Source: an uncultured Gammaproteobacteria bacterium (GTDB lineage: Bacteria; Patescibacteriota; Patescibacteriia; UBA1558; 2-01-FULL-52-15). Taken from it: a DNA stretch of 64,000 nt. This document shows, one piece after another, positions 30,104-41,479 of the stretch (position 1 is its first letter; each line of letters starts with the position of its first letter). A program made the position numbers and the translations under genes. The notes beneath the pieces were generated by a model. It searched no databases, was not told the DNA's origin, and worked only from the letters and a program-made list of their open reading frames with translations. The stretch covers positions 416,079 through 480,078 of the forward strand of contig CAYOCJ010000001.1 of assembly GCA_964402565.1 (NCBI GenBank), in the 5' to 3' direction.

Positions 30104-31495
30104 ATGAAGAAAGTTGACCTTGTTACGAGTCTGTTTCTCGTAGCGCTCGACTATCTCATGCTGGTAGCTGCCGGCATGACCAGTTATGCGCTACGGTATC
30201 AGGGGTTTATCACGCAGTATCGTCCTGTTTTTTTTGATTATCCATTCAGCGAGTTTTTTCCACTACTCCTCGGCATTTCGGCTCTGGGAGTTTTTATTTT
30301 TGCACTGAGCGGGTCATATCGCATTACCAGCTCGCATACGCCTCTGGAAGTATTCTCGAAAGTCTTTCTCGGCGTTTCAACGACATTATTGGTCGTTATT
30401 GTCACGATCTTCCTGCAGCGGGAATATTTTTCTTCACGGTTTGTCATTATCCTTACATGGTTTTTGGCGATCGTATACACGATCATCGGACGCATGATCG
30501 TTTTTAAGCTTAAATCAATTTTTCTGCGATCAGGATACGGCACGCATGCACTTGTGTTATTGGGAGTACATAAGACGTCAGGGGATTTAGCCTCTTTCTT
30601 TCATGACAACCCGCAGCTGGGTTATCGAGTTACCGCCACCTTGTCCGGCTGGGATCAGGGAGCGCGGGACCGCATCATTGAGTTAAAAAGCCACGGAAGC
30701 GCGGATGAGATCCTGGAAACGCGGGAAGGTTTAGATCGTCAGGCGTTGGTTGACGTCATTAACTTTTGTCATGAGCAAAATCTTACGTTCCGCTATGTAC
30801 CAAGCTTATACCAGACAAAAATAAGCAATGTTGAAAGCGACAGCATAGCTGGGTATCCGATCCTGCAGGTACACCGCACGCCGCTGCATGGATGGGGCAG
30901 GGTCTATAAGCGTTTCGTTGATATTTTTATTTCGTCGATCGGACTTATCATTACGTTTCCGCTTTCTCTCTGCATCATGATCATCATACGCCTTGATTCT
31001 CCTGGTCCTTTTTTTGTCCGTTTACGACGCGTCGGCAGAGGAGACTCGACATTCATGTTGTATAAATTTCGTTCAATGATCGAAAATGCGCAGGAACTGA
31101 AGGGTTCTATGGAGTCTCTGAATGAGCGGAAAGACGGTCCTTTGTTCAAAGTAAAGAACGATCCGCGCGTGACCAGAGTCGGACGCTGGATCCGTAAAAC
31201 GAGCCTCGATGAGTTGCCGCAGCTTTGGAATGTGCTGCGCGGCGATATGAGCCTGGTCGGGCCTCGGCCGCATGAGCCGGAGGAAGTACAGCGGTATCGA
31301 GATGAAGACCGCGGGCTGCTGGCGATAAAACCCGGTATCACTGGTCTTGCGCAGGTGTCAGGCAGATCGAATTTACTGTTTTCCGAGGAAGTAGCGCTTG
31401 ATACCTACTATATAGAACACTGGTCCATGCGACTCGATTTTCAAATTCTGGTGAAAACGATCTTTGTCATTTTTAAATTCAGAGATGCCGCCTGA
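30104..31495 (+). CDS. Polyprenyl-phosphate sugar phosphotransferase (WcaJ/WbaP-like)
   Basis: KRFVDI, YKFRSM, DPRVTRVGRWIRKTSLDELPQ, GDMSLVGPRP, KPGITGLAQV. Confidence 0.94.
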   Translation: MKKVDLVTSLFLVALDYLMLVAAGMTSYALRYQGFITQYRPVFFDYPFSEFFPLLLGISALGVFIFALSGSYRITSSHTPLEVFSKVFLGVSTTLLVVIVTIFLQREYFSSRFVIILTWFLAIVYTIIGRMIVFKLKSIFLRSGYGTHALVLLGVHKTSGDLASFFHDNPQLGYRVTATLSGWDQGARDRIIELKSHGSADEILETREGLDRQALVDVINFCHEQNLTFRYVPSLYQTKISNVESDSIAGYPILQVHRTPLHGWGRVYKRFVDIFISSIGLIITFPLSLCIMIIIRLDSPGPFFVRLRRVGRGDSTFMLYKFRSMIENAQELKGSMESLNERKDGPLFKVKNDPRVTRVGRWIRKTSLDELPQLWNVLRGDMSLVGPRPHEPEEVQRYRDEDRGLLAIKPGITGLAQVSGRSNLLFSEEVALDTYYIEHWSMRLDFQILVKTIFVIFKFRDAA

Positions 31496-32585
31496 GACGC
31501 GCATAGCACTAGCCCATGATCATTTGTTCCAGCTGGGCGGCGCCGAACAAGTCCTTCGGGAATTCATCCAGCTGTACCCTGATGCGCCGCTCTATACGCT
31601 GGTGTGCGGTGAAGCAGCGCGGTCATTTTTGGCGCCTGCAGAACTGAACACTTCCTACCTGCAGCACGTGCCGGGCGGGATTCGTTTTTTTAAATGGTTC
31701 CTTCCGGTGATGCCCAGCGCCTGGGATCGGTTTGATTTCAGCCCGTATGATGTCGTTATCTCGTCTGCAACTGGATTTGTCAAAAGTATAGATACTAAAG
31801 GTGCGAAGCATGTATCATATTTTCATTCGCCAACGCGTTATTTATGGGGAGAGAATGATGCGTATTTGGATTCAGTCCGTGTCCCCTGGGCAGTCAAACA
31901 GTATTTGCAGCACCTGATCGCCGAGTTTCGTGTGCGCGATTATGAGGCTGCTCAAAGCGTGGATCATATCATCACGAATTCTAATTTCATCGCATCGCGG
32001 ATCAGAAAATATTACGGCCGCGAAAGCACTGTCATTTATCCGCCCATAGATGCGTCTCAATTTCACCTGAGCCAAGACATAGGTGATTATTATCTTATCG
32101 TTTCTCGTTTGCGCCCGTATAAACGTGTAGATTTGGCGATCGAGGCTTTTAACAATCTGAAGCTTCCGCTGGTCATTATTGGCGATGGAGAAGAGTACGG
32201 ACGCTTGAAGGCTATGTCAAAAAATACGATCCATTTTTTGGGAGAGGTCAGCGATGCGGAGCGAAACAAGTATATGGCGCGCTGTAAGGCATTTATTTAC
32301 CCTCAAGAAGAGGATTTCGGGATCTCAGCGGTCGAAGCAATGGCTTCGGGGCGGCCGGTCATTGCATTCAGAGGAGGCGGAGCCCTGGAAACCGTCACAC
32401 CTAGTTTGAATGGTTTTTTCTTCGATGAACAATCCTGGGAGTCGCTCGCCTACACGATTCTGAGAAAAGAATATGAGCAGTTATCACCGGCCGATATCCG
32501 CGCACAAGCGTTGCGCTTTGATCGATCGGTATTTCGAGATCGCATACAGCACTTTTTGAGTTCTGTCCTAGCCGAAAGCTTATGA
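31485..32585 (+). CDS. GT4-family glycosyltransferase
   Basis: GGAEQV; EEDFGISAVEAMASGRPVI. Confidence 0.9.
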   Translation: MPPETRIALAHDHLFQLGGAEQVLREFIQLYPDAPLYTLVCGEAARSFLAPAELNTSYLQHVPGGIRFFKWFLPVMPSAWDRFDFSPYDVVISSATGFVKSIDTKGAKHVSYFHSPTRYLWGENDAYLDSVRVPWAVKQYLQHLIAEFRVRDYEAAQSVDHIITNSNFIASRIRKYYGRESTVIYPPIDASQFHLSQDIGDYYLIVSRLRPYKRVDLAIEAFNNLKLPLVIIGDGEEYGRLKAMSKNTIHFLGEVSDAERNKYMARCKAFIYPQEEDFGISAVEAMASGRPVIAFRGGGALETVTPSLNGFFFDEQSWESLAYTILRKEYEQLSPADIRAQALRFDRSVFRDRIQHFLSSVLAESL

Positions 32586-33700
32586 ATATAGGTGTCGATA
32601 CACGATCAATTCTTGCAGGCCCGTCGACAGGAGTTGCGAACTATGTCTGGGGCCTTATCGACGGATTGGCTGAACTTGAGCGTAAACAGCTGCTGCCTGA
32701 CATGTATTACCTCTGCAGTATTGGAGTGCATAATGAGCAGCTGTTAAAGGATATTACCGGTCGACGCGTGCCATTTACCTATCAGCACAGGACACTTTCG
32801 AATAAGGTTCTGACGTTTCTGTGGCAGCTGAGCCGGTATCCCAGCATGCATCGCCTTTTTCCAAAGATCGATCTTTTTGTCTTGCCGAATATTGGCATGA
32901 TCCCACATCCATCCTCGGTGCCGTATGCAGTCGTAATCCATGACATTTCATTTGTGCACGCGCCACATTGGTATTCGCTAAAGAGGAGAGCGTGGCATCG
33001 CTTGGCGCGTTTTGAACGCTTGGTAAAAAATGCCACTTTCCTCGTCGCCGTATCGCAAGCTTCAGCTGACGCGCTTCTCGAGCGATACCCGGAACTCGAT
33101 CCGAACAAGATAGCCGTTATCCGGCCGGCAATGTCGATAACATCCCCAACGGCAAGCTCGCCTGCAGTCATAGACGTACCCAAAAAATATTTGCTGTATA
33201 TCGGAACCATTGAGCCAAGAAAAAACATTGAAGCCTGTATTCATGCGTATCGCTTGTTAGCAGCGCGGTATCCCGGGCTTGAACTGGTGCTCGCAGGACA
33301 GTATGGATGGAAGATGCGGAATTTTTTGAAAAAGGCCGCAAACAGCGCAGGTATTCGATGGCTGGAGTATGTCACTGATGAGGAAAAAAATTACTTGTAC
33401 CAACATGCTGCAATGCTCTTGTGGCCTTCCTTGTATGAAGGTTTCGGGTTTCCACCGCTTGAATCACTGCGCAATGGGACGCCGGTGGTTACGAGCTATC
33501 GTACATCCTTGCCTGAAGTGCTGGGTACAACGGTTTTCTATGTAAATCCATATAATGCCGGCGAACTTGCAGTAGTCATTGATTCGCTGCTTCGTGAAGC
33601 GGATATTTCGCTGTTCAAAAATGTCCCGGTACCGTATGCTGAGAGAACCTGGGAGCATGTTGCGGAAGAATTCTCGCAGGCAATTCATGCACATATATGA
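32582..33700 (+). CDS. GT4-family glycosyltransferase (MtfB-like)
   Basis: GTIEPRKN; SLYEGFGFPPLE. Confidence 0.9.
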   Translation: MNIGVDTRSILAGPSTGVANYVWGLIDGLAELERKQLLPDMYYLCSIGVHNEQLLKDITGRRVPFTYQHRTLSNKVLTFLWQLSRYPSMHRLFPKIDLFVLPNIGMIPHPSSVPYAVVIHDISFVHAPHWYSLKRRAWHRLARFERLVKNATFLVAVSQASADALLERYPELDPNKIAVIRPAMSITSPTASSPAVIDVPKKYLLYIGTIEPRKNIEACIHAYRLLAARYPGLELVLAGQYGWKMRNFLKKAANSAGIRWLEYVTDEEKNYLYQHAAMLLWPSLYEGFGFPPLESLRNGTPVVTSYRTSLPEVLGTTVFYVNPYNAGELAVVIDSLLREADISLFKNVPVPYAERTWEHVAEEFSQAIHAHI

Positions 33701-34839
33701 AAATTGGCATTGACGCGCGTTTTTATGGCGTCGTTTCTCAGGGTCTGGGGCGGTATTGCGAACAGCTGGTGACGCAGGTGACGGCCTTGGATCCTCACAA
33801 CGAATACGTCATCTTTGTTACCGCCGGGCATCGATTCGATATTGCATCAGCCAGAGTAACAATCGTTGAATGCAACTACCGCTGGTACGGATTCGCTGAA
33901 CAGTTCCGCTGGCCCTTTTTTTTGATGAAATACCGTTTAGATCTGATGCATTTCACGAGTTTTAATGTTCCGGTGCTCTATCGACGAAGGTTCGTAGTAA
34001 CGATACACGATCTCATTCTTATTCACTTTAAGAGCGCCCATGCAAGTACTTTGCACCCGCTCTATTTTGCTGCGAAGCGCTTGCTCTATCGATGGATCTT
34101 AAGCTCGGCAATTCATCGGGCAGATCGCATTTTAGCTGTATCGAATTTTACCGCTGATGATATACGTACAACTCTGAACAGTAAGAAAAAAATAGACGTC
34201 GCGTACCTGGGTTATGAGCTCACCACTCAGCCAAAGCATGACGACAACTCTACGCGACCTATGCAGCATCAACCTTATTTTCTCTATGTCGGAAATGCAT
34301 ATCCGCATAAAAACCTGGATTTTCTAATTAGCGCATTTGATCAGTGGCGTCAATCGCATTCGCAGTATCAATTAGTTCTCGTCGGAAAACACGATTATTT
34401 TTATCAACGATTGAAGGCTGGGCATATGGATGTCGAATGGATGCATTTGCCTGGGTACGTTACTGATCAAGAATTAGCTCATCTGTATCAAAATGCAGAG
34501 GCATATATTTTTCCTTCATTATACGAAGGTTTTGGAATTCCGCCGCTCGAAGCAATGCAGTTTGGGACGCCAGTGCTCGCCAGCAATGCATCCTGCCTCC
34601 CGGAGATACTGGGCGATGCAGCATTATATTTTGATCCGAACGATGCCGCCAGTCTGCATAAGGCGCTTGATCAATTAATAAGCGATGACCGCTTGCGAGC
34701 TGATTTGTCTTCATTGGGCCTAGAGCAGGTAAAAAAATATAGCTGGAGGCGCATGGGTGAGCAGGTTATCCAACTTTACGCAGAGCTCGAAAAACAGTAT
34801 ACTAGTAAGGACAAAAAGTATACTCATGCGCAGAGCTAA
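33697..34839 (+). CDS. GT4-family glycosyltransferase (MtfB-like)
   Basis: GNAYPHKN; SLYEGFGIPPLEAM. Confidence 0.9.
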   Translation: MKIGIDARFYGVVSQGLGRYCEQLVTQVTALDPHNEYVIFVTAGHRFDIASARVTIVECNYRWYGFAEQFRWPFFLMKYRLDLMHFTSFNVPVLYRRRFVVTIHDLILIHFKSAHASTLHPLYFAAKRLLYRWILSSAIHRADRILAVSNFTADDIRTTLNSKKKIDVAYLGYELTTQPKHDDNSTRPMQHQPYFLYVGNAYPHKNLDFLISAFDQWRQSHSQYQLVLVGKHDYFYQRLKAGHMDVEWMHLPGYVTDQELAHLYQNAEAYIFPSLYEGFGIPPLEAMQFGTPVLASNASCLPEILGDAALYFDPNDAASLHKALDQLISDDRLRADLSSLGLEQVKKYSWRRMGEQVIQLYAELEKQYTSKDKKYTHAQS

Positions 34840-37537
34840 GAAAAAAAAATTCGATGATGCTGATATTTTTGCAATCGACCAGTATTCGGTTGTTTCAGAA
34901 GATAATACAGCTGCACAAGATGTCCTAGAGTCTCAACAAGAATCTGTATATCAGCAACCGCAAGAAGCAGTGAGTGAGCGCACTAAGGAAGCTCGCGAGC
35001 ATATCAATAGGCTGATCCTCCAGGATATCGCAGTATCACCTCGTGTACCTGAACCAGCTCAGGCTAACCCGCTTCCGGATGAGACACCGATCGCAGATGT
35101 GATCGTACCGGCTTCGAAACAAGAAATGGTGGCTCCTATTTATCGAGGCCATTCGTCAGCAAAACGCAAAGCTAAGCAAATCGAATCAGATGAAAAACCC
35201 TCGCAGTATGTGCTTGATCTGCGGAAGCATTTTTTGATAGAGAAATATAATTTAGATACCTTAGCCCAGCCTCGAGCGCGTTTTCGCCAGAAGTTAGGCA
35301 CGCTGTTCTCTACATTGCAGCACCGTGAGCGCATTCAGTGGCATTATCCTGACCAGAAGACTGCACGACAGAGTAAAGATTTTATTCACGCGACATTTGA
35401 ACATACACCTCAAGAAAGAGAGCTAGAAGACGTACAAGCGCCGGCTGAGGAGGCCATCGCAGAAGCAGAGCCGTTAGTTCAAGAGGCTGTACTTGCTTCA
35501 GCACAGGAGCCTGAGGCTTTCGAGATGCCGGTGCCATGGAAAATGCGCGTTTTTGCTGTCGGCACATTCTGGATCATTTTGGTGTTATTATTATCACCGA
35601 TACCGGTCATCACGTATGCATCGCGCTTTTCGGCAGACGGCAAATCGGTGGTATCAAGCGGTATGCTTGCATTCAGCAATCTCAAAGCAGGCGTTGCTGA
35701 CATTACGAACAGCGATTATACCCAGGCACAGGCATCGCTCGTTGATGCACAGAAAAATTTCAGTGAGATTTCACAGACGGTGGATTCGTATTCAGCCACT
35801 CTAACCGCCATCACTCATCTAGTGCCCGGCATTGGCAGCAAGGTCTCATTTGTGAAGGCGGTCGGCGAAATAGGGGAGCATGCTTCTGCAGTTGGTCTTT
35901 TGCTCGCAGATCCGCTGCGCAGAGATGGCAGCGGGCCTACGGCTACCGACACCCTCAAAAGCTTACAGACACATCTGGCAAGCATTGCAGATATTTTGGA
36001 ATCCTCTGAAAAGGATATTCAGCGTATCGACCTGAACTCGATCCCGCCGGAGTGGAAAGATCAATTCGCCTATGTACAGCAGCACTCAGATGAGTTTACC
36101 CGTACCTTACGGCGGGCGAGCAAGATGCTTGATGTTGCCATTCATATACTAGGATCGGATACATTGACCAGGTACTTGGTCGTTTTCCAAAACTCGCGAG
36201 AGCTTCGTCCAACCGGCGGTTTCATGGGAAGCTTTGCATTGATTGATTTTTCGAAAGGAACGCCGCTCTCCATTGATTTTCCTGGAGCAGGGACCTATGA
36301 CCTGGACGGAGGCTTCAAGCAGCACTTGCTGCCGCCGAAGCCGATCTCTGTCCTCAATGCAGAATGGCATATATGGGATAGCAATTGGTGGCCTGATTTT
36401 CCGACATCAGCAAAAAAGATTTCCTGGTTTTACCAGCAATCCGGGGGGAGGACTGTCGACGGCGTTATTGCGGTTAACTCAGATTTTGTCGTCGACTTGT
36501 TGAAACTTACCGGTCCGATCGAAATGCCGGAGTATGGCGTGACCGTCGATGCTGATTCATTCTACTCTGTCGTACAGAAAGAAGTGGAGGTCAATTATGA
36601 CAAAACTCTGAATCAGCCAAAGAAGATCCTGAAGGACCTTATGCCGAAATTAATTGACCGATTGAACGCATCGAGCGATTACCGGCAGATCCTGGCGGCG
36701 GTGACGCAGGCATTAGATCAGAAAGATATACAGATAGCAGCTCTTACTGATGCAGATACGCAGCAATTGATCGGTTCATTGGGCTGGGATGGAGCCCAGA
36801 ATTCAAATGCGAAGGATTATTTATCGGTCATCTCTACGAATATTGCCGGAGAGAAAAGCGACGCTGCCATTTATGAGACGATCGACCATCATGCAATTGT
36901 TGATGACGCCGGGACAGTCACAGTGACAACGACCGTAACCAAGGAGCACCATGCAGATCCGTCGGATAAGTTTGCCTATGTGACCAATGTTGATTATATG
37001 CGCTTTTATGTGCCATTAGGCAGCACCTTAGTACGCGCGAATGGCTTCAAGCAGCTCGACGAGTCATTGTTCAGGAAAAGCGATGAGCGGGCAGTAGAAG
37101 ACCAGGATTTGCTGTCAATTACGAGTTCTCCGGTAGTGGATGAAGCTACCGGAACTACCGTCGCTGACGAATTAGGTCATACGGTATTTGGGAACTGGAT
37201 GCAAGTTGAGCCAGGAGGCAAGTCTACTGTTTCTATAACCTATACCTTGCCCTTCAAGATAACGATCCCAGATAAGCAAGGAGTCAGCTGGTTAAGTTTG
37301 TGGGGTAAACCATCCCAGGAGGTAGACGCGTATAGTTTATTGGTACAACGCCAGTCAGGAAAAAAGAACACGATATTCAATTCATCTCTGGTGCTGCCGG
37401 ATACGTATTCTATCGTGTGGTCAGATGCCGTCGACCCAGATCATACAGGTACTACGCCGCATGTCTTTACCTACAGTAATGAATTAAATTTTGATACCTA
37501 TTACGCGCTTCTTGTGGCGCGCAAAGCCAAAGAGTGA
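34826..37537 (+). CDS. DUF4012-domain membrane protein
   Basis: YLVVFQNSRELRPTGGFMGS, DSNWWPDFPTSA, VDGVIAV, YMRFYVPLGS; single TM after a low-complexity N-terminus. Confidence 0.8.
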   Translation: MRRAKKKKFDDADIFAIDQYSVVSEDNTAAQDVLESQQESVYQQPQEAVSERTKEAREHINRLILQDIAVSPRVPEPAQANPLPDETPIADVIVPASKQEMVAPIYRGHSSAKRKAKQIESDEKPSQYVLDLRKHFLIEKYNLDTLAQPRARFRQKLGTLFSTLQHRERIQWHYPDQKTARQSKDFIHATFEHTPQERELEDVQAPAEEAIAEAEPLVQEAVLASAQEPEAFEMPVPWKMRVFAVGTFWIILVLLLSPIPVITYASRFSADGKSVVSSGMLAFSNLKAGVADITNSDYTQAQASLVDAQKNFSEISQTVDSYSATLTAITHLVPGIGSKVSFVKAVGEIGEHASAVGLLLADPLRRDGSGPTATDTLKSLQTHLASIADILESSEKDIQRIDLNSIPPEWKDQFAYVQQHSDEFTRTLRRASKMLDVAIHILGSDTLTRYLVVFQNSRELRPTGGFMGSFALIDFSKGTPLSIDFPGAGTYDLDGGFKQHLLPPKPISVLNAEWHIWDSNWWPDFPTSAKKISWFYQQSGGRTVDGVIAVNSDFVVDLLKLTGPIEMPEYGVTVDADSFYSVVQKEVEVNYDKTLNQPKKILKDLMPKLIDRLNASSDYRQILAAVTQALDQKDIQIAALTDADTQQLIGSLGWDGAQNSNAKDYLSVISTNIAGEKSDAAIYETIDHHAIVDDAGTVTVTTTVTKEHHADPSDKFAYVTNVDYMRFYVPLGSTLVRANGFKQLDESLFRKSDERAVEDQDLLSITSSPVVDEATGTTVADELGHTVFGNWMQVEPGGKSTVSITYTLPFKITIPDKQGVSWLSLWGKPSQEVDAYSLLVQRQSGKKNTIFNSSLVLPDTYSIVWSDAVDPDHTGTTPHVFTYSNELNFDTYYALLVARKAKE

Positions 37538-37545
37538 CGTAGTTC

Positions 37546-39129
37546 ATGTTCAAAAAAGTTTTTCATACCTTAAATTCGACTATTGGCGGAGGTGCAATAC
37601 TTATCGCTTTTTTTGGTATTGCAAGCAAATTCGTCGGCCTCTATCGGGATCGTCTGTTTGCACATGCATTCGGCGCATCCCGGTTATCAGACATCTATTT
37701 TGCATCATTCAAGATCCCTGACCTTATCTTCAATATTTTAGTGCTTGGAGCTCTTACTTCTTCGTTCATACCTGTATTCCAGAAAGTATGGCACCGCAAT
37801 CCAAAGGAAGGCATTGCATTATCAAATGCTGTTCTGAATATCCTGCTGCTCTGTGTTATTATTTTCATTATTATACTGTGGTTAACCGCTGGCTGGTTCG
37901 TGCCATATCTGGTGCCGGGCTTTGCTGCTGAGGACATCGCGCAGACCGTAGTTATGTCGCGCTATCTGCTCTTGAGTTTGATTTTTTTTACTTCAAGCAA
38001 TTTATTGAGCGGCGTGCTCAATGCCTGGAAGCGTTTTTTTACTTTCGGGCTCAGCTCGGTGGTCTATAATGTTGGTATCATCCTCGGCATCGCATTCGGC
38101 TATCCCTGGTACGGCATGCCCGGCCTTGCCTGCGGTGTTGTGGGAGGATCAGTATTGCATTTTCTGGTACAGGCAATTGAAGCCTACCGCAACGGATGGC
38201 GGTATCAACCGATAGTCTTCTATGACGAGTCAGTAAAGAGAATCATCCGGCTCATGATCCCTCGCATGATAGGACTTGCCGGCAATCAGCTTGCAGTAGT
38301 CGTTGTGACGATTCTGGCTTCGACGCTCAGCGTAGGAAGCCTTGCTATTTTCAATTATGCGAATAATTTGCAGAGCATACCGGTTGGTATTTTTGGCATT
38401 TCACTTGCGGTAGCAGCCTTTCCTTATTTCAGCAAAACGCTTTCAGAAAACGATCCTGCCGCTTTCAAGCGCTTATTTTCATTGCAGTTCAGGCGCATCC
38501 TTTATTTTTTGATACCCATCTCGTTTACAACCTTATTGTTGCGCGCCCAGATCGTACGCGTGGTGCTCGGGACCGGTGCTTTCGACTGGAATGCAACCTG
38601 GTATACCGCACAAGCATTGGGATTTTTTTCCCTTTCCATCTGTGCTCAGGGCCTGATCCCGCTCCTTGCTAGGTCTTTTTATGCGCTGGAGGATACGGTA
38701 ACGCCGGTTCTCGTCAGTTTTATCGATATCATTGCAACCATAGGCCTTTCATTGCTTTTATTACCGAGTTTTGGCATACTCGGCTTAGTATGCGCTGATA
38801 GTATCGGCGCTATCAGCAATATGCTGGTTCTTTTCATGATTTTGCACCGTCGTTTCGGGGATTTACAGGACACCGAGCTCATGCGCTCATTGATCCGCAT
38901 TAGCTCGCTGAGCTTGATTGCAGGCGCCCTGATGTACCTCATGTTGCAGGTAACGGTGGCATTTGTCGACACCGCGACATTCCTAGGTATTTTCATTCAG
39001 GGTCTGGTATCGGGAAGTGTTGGTATTGCGGTGTATATTTTGCTTAGTATACTTCTTGGATTTGACGAAGTGCATGTTGTGAAAAAATATATTTTGAAAT
39101 TCATTAAACCTTTATTCCCACGAAACTAG
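37546..39129 (+). CDS. murJ: Lipid II flippase MurJ
   Basis: GLYRDRLFAHAFG, FKIPD, FIPVF, RSFYALEDTVTP; many TM helices. Confidence 0.93.
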   Translation: MFKKVFHTLNSTIGGGAILIAFFGIASKFVGLYRDRLFAHAFGASRLSDIYFASFKIPDLIFNILVLGALTSSFIPVFQKVWHRNPKEGIALSNAVLNILLLCVIIFIIILWLTAGWFVPYLVPGFAAEDIAQTVVMSRYLLLSLIFFTSSNLLSGVLNAWKRFFTFGLSSVVYNVGIILGIAFGYPWYGMPGLACGVVGGSVLHFLVQAIEAYRNGWRYQPIVFYDESVKRIIRLMIPRMIGLAGNQLAVVVVTILASTLSVGSLAIFNYANNLQSIPVGIFGISLAVAAFPYFSKTLSENDPAAFKRLFSLQFRRILYFLIPISFTTLLLRAQIVRVVLGTGAFDWNATWYTAQALGFFSLSICAQGLIPLLARSFYALEDTVTPVLVSFIDIIATIGLSLLLLPSFGILGLVCADSIGAISNMLVLFMILHRRFGDLQDTELMRSLIRISSLSLIAGALMYLMLQVTVAFVDTATFLGIFIQGLVSGSVGIAVYILLSILLGFDEVHVVKKYILKFIKPLFPRN

Positions 39130-39132
39130 CCA

Positions 39133-40908
39133 ATGCCATCTATTCGAAACTTTTGCATTATCGCGCATATAGATCACGGGAAATCAACGCTTGCTGACAG
39201 AATGATCGAGCTGACGCATACGGTCGCCGTTCGTGAGATGAAAAATCAGCTTCTGGATTCAATGGATCTTGAGCGGGAGCGGGGTATTACCATTAAGCTG
39301 CAGCCTGTTCGGATGCAATGGAAGGGCTATCAGCTGAATTTGATAGACACTCCGGGGCATATTGATTTTAACTATGAGGTGTCCAGATCATTGGCTGCTG
39401 TCGAAGGCGCTCTTCTGCTTGTTGATGCAACGCAGGGCATCGAAGCTCAAACATTGGCAAATTTATATTTAGCGCTCGAGCAGAATCTTTCTATCATTCC
39501 AGTGATCAACAAGATCGACCTGCCGGCAGCTGATGTGCCGAAAGTCCGGCGTGAGATAGCAGCTATACTCGGCTGCACCGAAGATGAGATTCTGACCATA
39601 TCAGCTAAAACTGGCCAGGGAGTCGAGGCTTTGCTTGACGCAGTTATTGAACGTATTCCAGAACCGAAGCAAAACCATGACGCAGAAAAATTGCAGGCAT
39701 TGATCTTTGATGCGCAATACAATGAGTTCAAGGGAGTCGTCATTTATGTCCGGCTATTCGGTGGCACCATCAAAAAAGGGGATAGCGTTCGTTTCCTGAA
39801 AAGCGGAACGTCAGCTGAGATCATAGAGGTTGGCTTCTTTACGCCGAAATGGCAGCCGACACAAACGCTTAATGCCGGTGAGATCGGATACCTCATCACG
39901 AACATAAAAAATATCGAAGAAACGAAGGTCGGAGATACGGTGGCATACGACGGCGTGCAGACCGATGAGTTGAAAGGATATCGGGAAATTTCACCGATGG
40001 TCTTCGCCGGTGTATACCCAGCTGAAGGGAATGACTATGAAAAGCTGCGAAAAGCGATTTTCAAGTTGAAGCTGAATGATGCAAGCCTCACCTTCACCCC
40101 TGACCACTCCGATGTACTCGGATTCGGATTTCGATGCGGTTTTTTGGGATTATTGCACATGGAAATCGTTCAGGAGCGGCTGCGGCGGGAATTCGACCTT
40201 CCGATCATCACGACAGCGCCGACGGTTGCCTACCATATTTATCTCAAATCCGGGAAGGATTCGTTTTTGACATCACCGGCCGCGCTTCCCGATGAAAATT
40301 TTATCGAACATATCGAGCAGCCGCTCGTTACCATCGATCTGATCACGCCGAAAGAGTATCTCGGCCCTCTGATGGATTATATTCAAAAAAAACGTGGAGT
40401 CTTTTTGCACACTGAATTTCTCGAGCAGACGCGAACGATCTTGAAATGCAAACTTCCGCTGACGAATATTATCGTTGATTTTTATGATAAGATAAAAAAT
40501 CTTTCCCAGGGGTATGCATCCTATACCTATGAGTTTGCCGGCTACGAATCATGCTCCGTCGTCAAACTGGATATTCTGGTCGCAGAGGAAAAAGTGCCGG
40601 CTTTGACGACGCTTGTGTTCAGAGATGAAGTCCAGTCCATAGGCCGCTCGATAGTCACCAAATTAAAAGACATTATTCCCCGTGCGCAATTTGTCATCAA
40701 GATCCAGGCGGCTGTCGGAGGTAAGATTATAGCTTCTGAGCGCCTGTCAGCGTTGCGCAAAGATGTCACAGCAAAATTGTATGGCGGCGATGTAACCCGG
40801 AAGCGGAAGCTACTCGAAAAGCAAAAAAAGGGAAAGAAAAAAATGGCTTCCTTTGGAGCTGTGGAAATCCCGCAGAATGCGTACTTGGCGATTTTGAAAC
40901 GCGAGTGA
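39133..40908 (+). CDS. lepA: Elongation factor 4
   Basis: IRNFCIIAHIDHGKSTLADR; GFRCGFLGLLHMEI; KLYGGDVTRKRKLLEKQKKGKK. Confidence 0.98.
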   Translation: MPSIRNFCIIAHIDHGKSTLADRMIELTHTVAVREMKNQLLDSMDLERERGITIKLQPVRMQWKGYQLNLIDTPGHIDFNYEVSRSLAAVEGALLLVDATQGIEAQTLANLYLALEQNLSIIPVINKIDLPAADVPKVRREIAAILGCTEDEILTISAKTGQGVEALLDAVIERIPEPKQNHDAEKLQALIFDAQYNEFKGVVIYVRLFGGTIKKGDSVRFLKSGTSAEIIEVGFFTPKWQPTQTLNAGEIGYLITNIKNIEETKVGDTVAYDGVQTDELKGYREISPMVFAGVYPAEGNDYEKLRKAIFKLKLNDASLTFTPDHSDVLGFGFRCGFLGLLHMEIVQERLRREFDLPIITTAPTVAYHIYLKSGKDSFLTSPAALPDENFIEHIEQPLVTIDLITPKEYLGPLMDYIQKKRGVFLHTEFLEQTRTILKCKLPLTNIIVDFYDKIKNLSQGYASYTYEFAGYESCSVVKLDILVAEEKVPALTTLVFRDEVQSIGRSIVTKLKDIIPRAQFVIKIQAAVGGKIIASERLSALRKDVTAKLYGGDVTRKRKLLEKQKKGKKKMASFGAVEIPQNAYLAILKRE

Positions 40909-41020
40909 TCTAGAATCGATTACCGACGCCGGCGGTAAATACCAGCATGGAGAGAATGACCAAAAGTGACAGAATTGCCCACGCAACTTGAATTACTTTT
41001 TTCTTTTTCATAGGTATAGT

Positions 41021-41479
41021 ATGCCCGACAATGTAGCAGGAAGCAAGATGCCGCTGGCAGAGGTGTATCGATGCACTGGCCGCAGGCCGAACAGTATTCT
41101 TCTGTATGTGAGCGCTCTTGGCGCTTTCTGTGTGCTGTTTTTTCTCTTAACTCGTGCGATCCAGCTTTCAAGGCAGACGATTCTTTTATGGCTTATTACT
41201 GGAGCATCTTTGCTGTACCTCGTGAGCCTGCGTTCACGCCCAAGTATGGACTATGTCATTACGAGCGATGCAATCAGCGCATACCTGCATGGCAGAAGGA
41301 GAGCGTTGTGGATGATCGAGCGCGCCGATATCATCTCTGCTCGCATAGAGCGCAATGCGATTCACATACATATTCCAAAAAAAACATACGTAGTGTATAC
41401 TGGCTCTACATCGTTCATTTTTCTCGAAAAAATGAAGCCGGTGAACATCTTAGATGCTTCTGCGCATGAAAACGAATAA
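41021..41479 (+). CDS. Hypothetical membrane protein (2 TM plus PH-like tail)
   Basis: Two hydrophobic segments; start chosen at ATG 41021. Confidence 0.5.
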   Translation: MPDNVAGSKMPLAEVYRCTGRRPNSILLYVSALGAFCVLFFLLTRAIQLSRQTILLWLITGASLLYLVSLRSRPSMDYVITSDAISAYLHGRRRALWMIERADIISARIERNAIHIHIPKKTYVVYTGSTSFIFLEKMKPVNILDASAHENE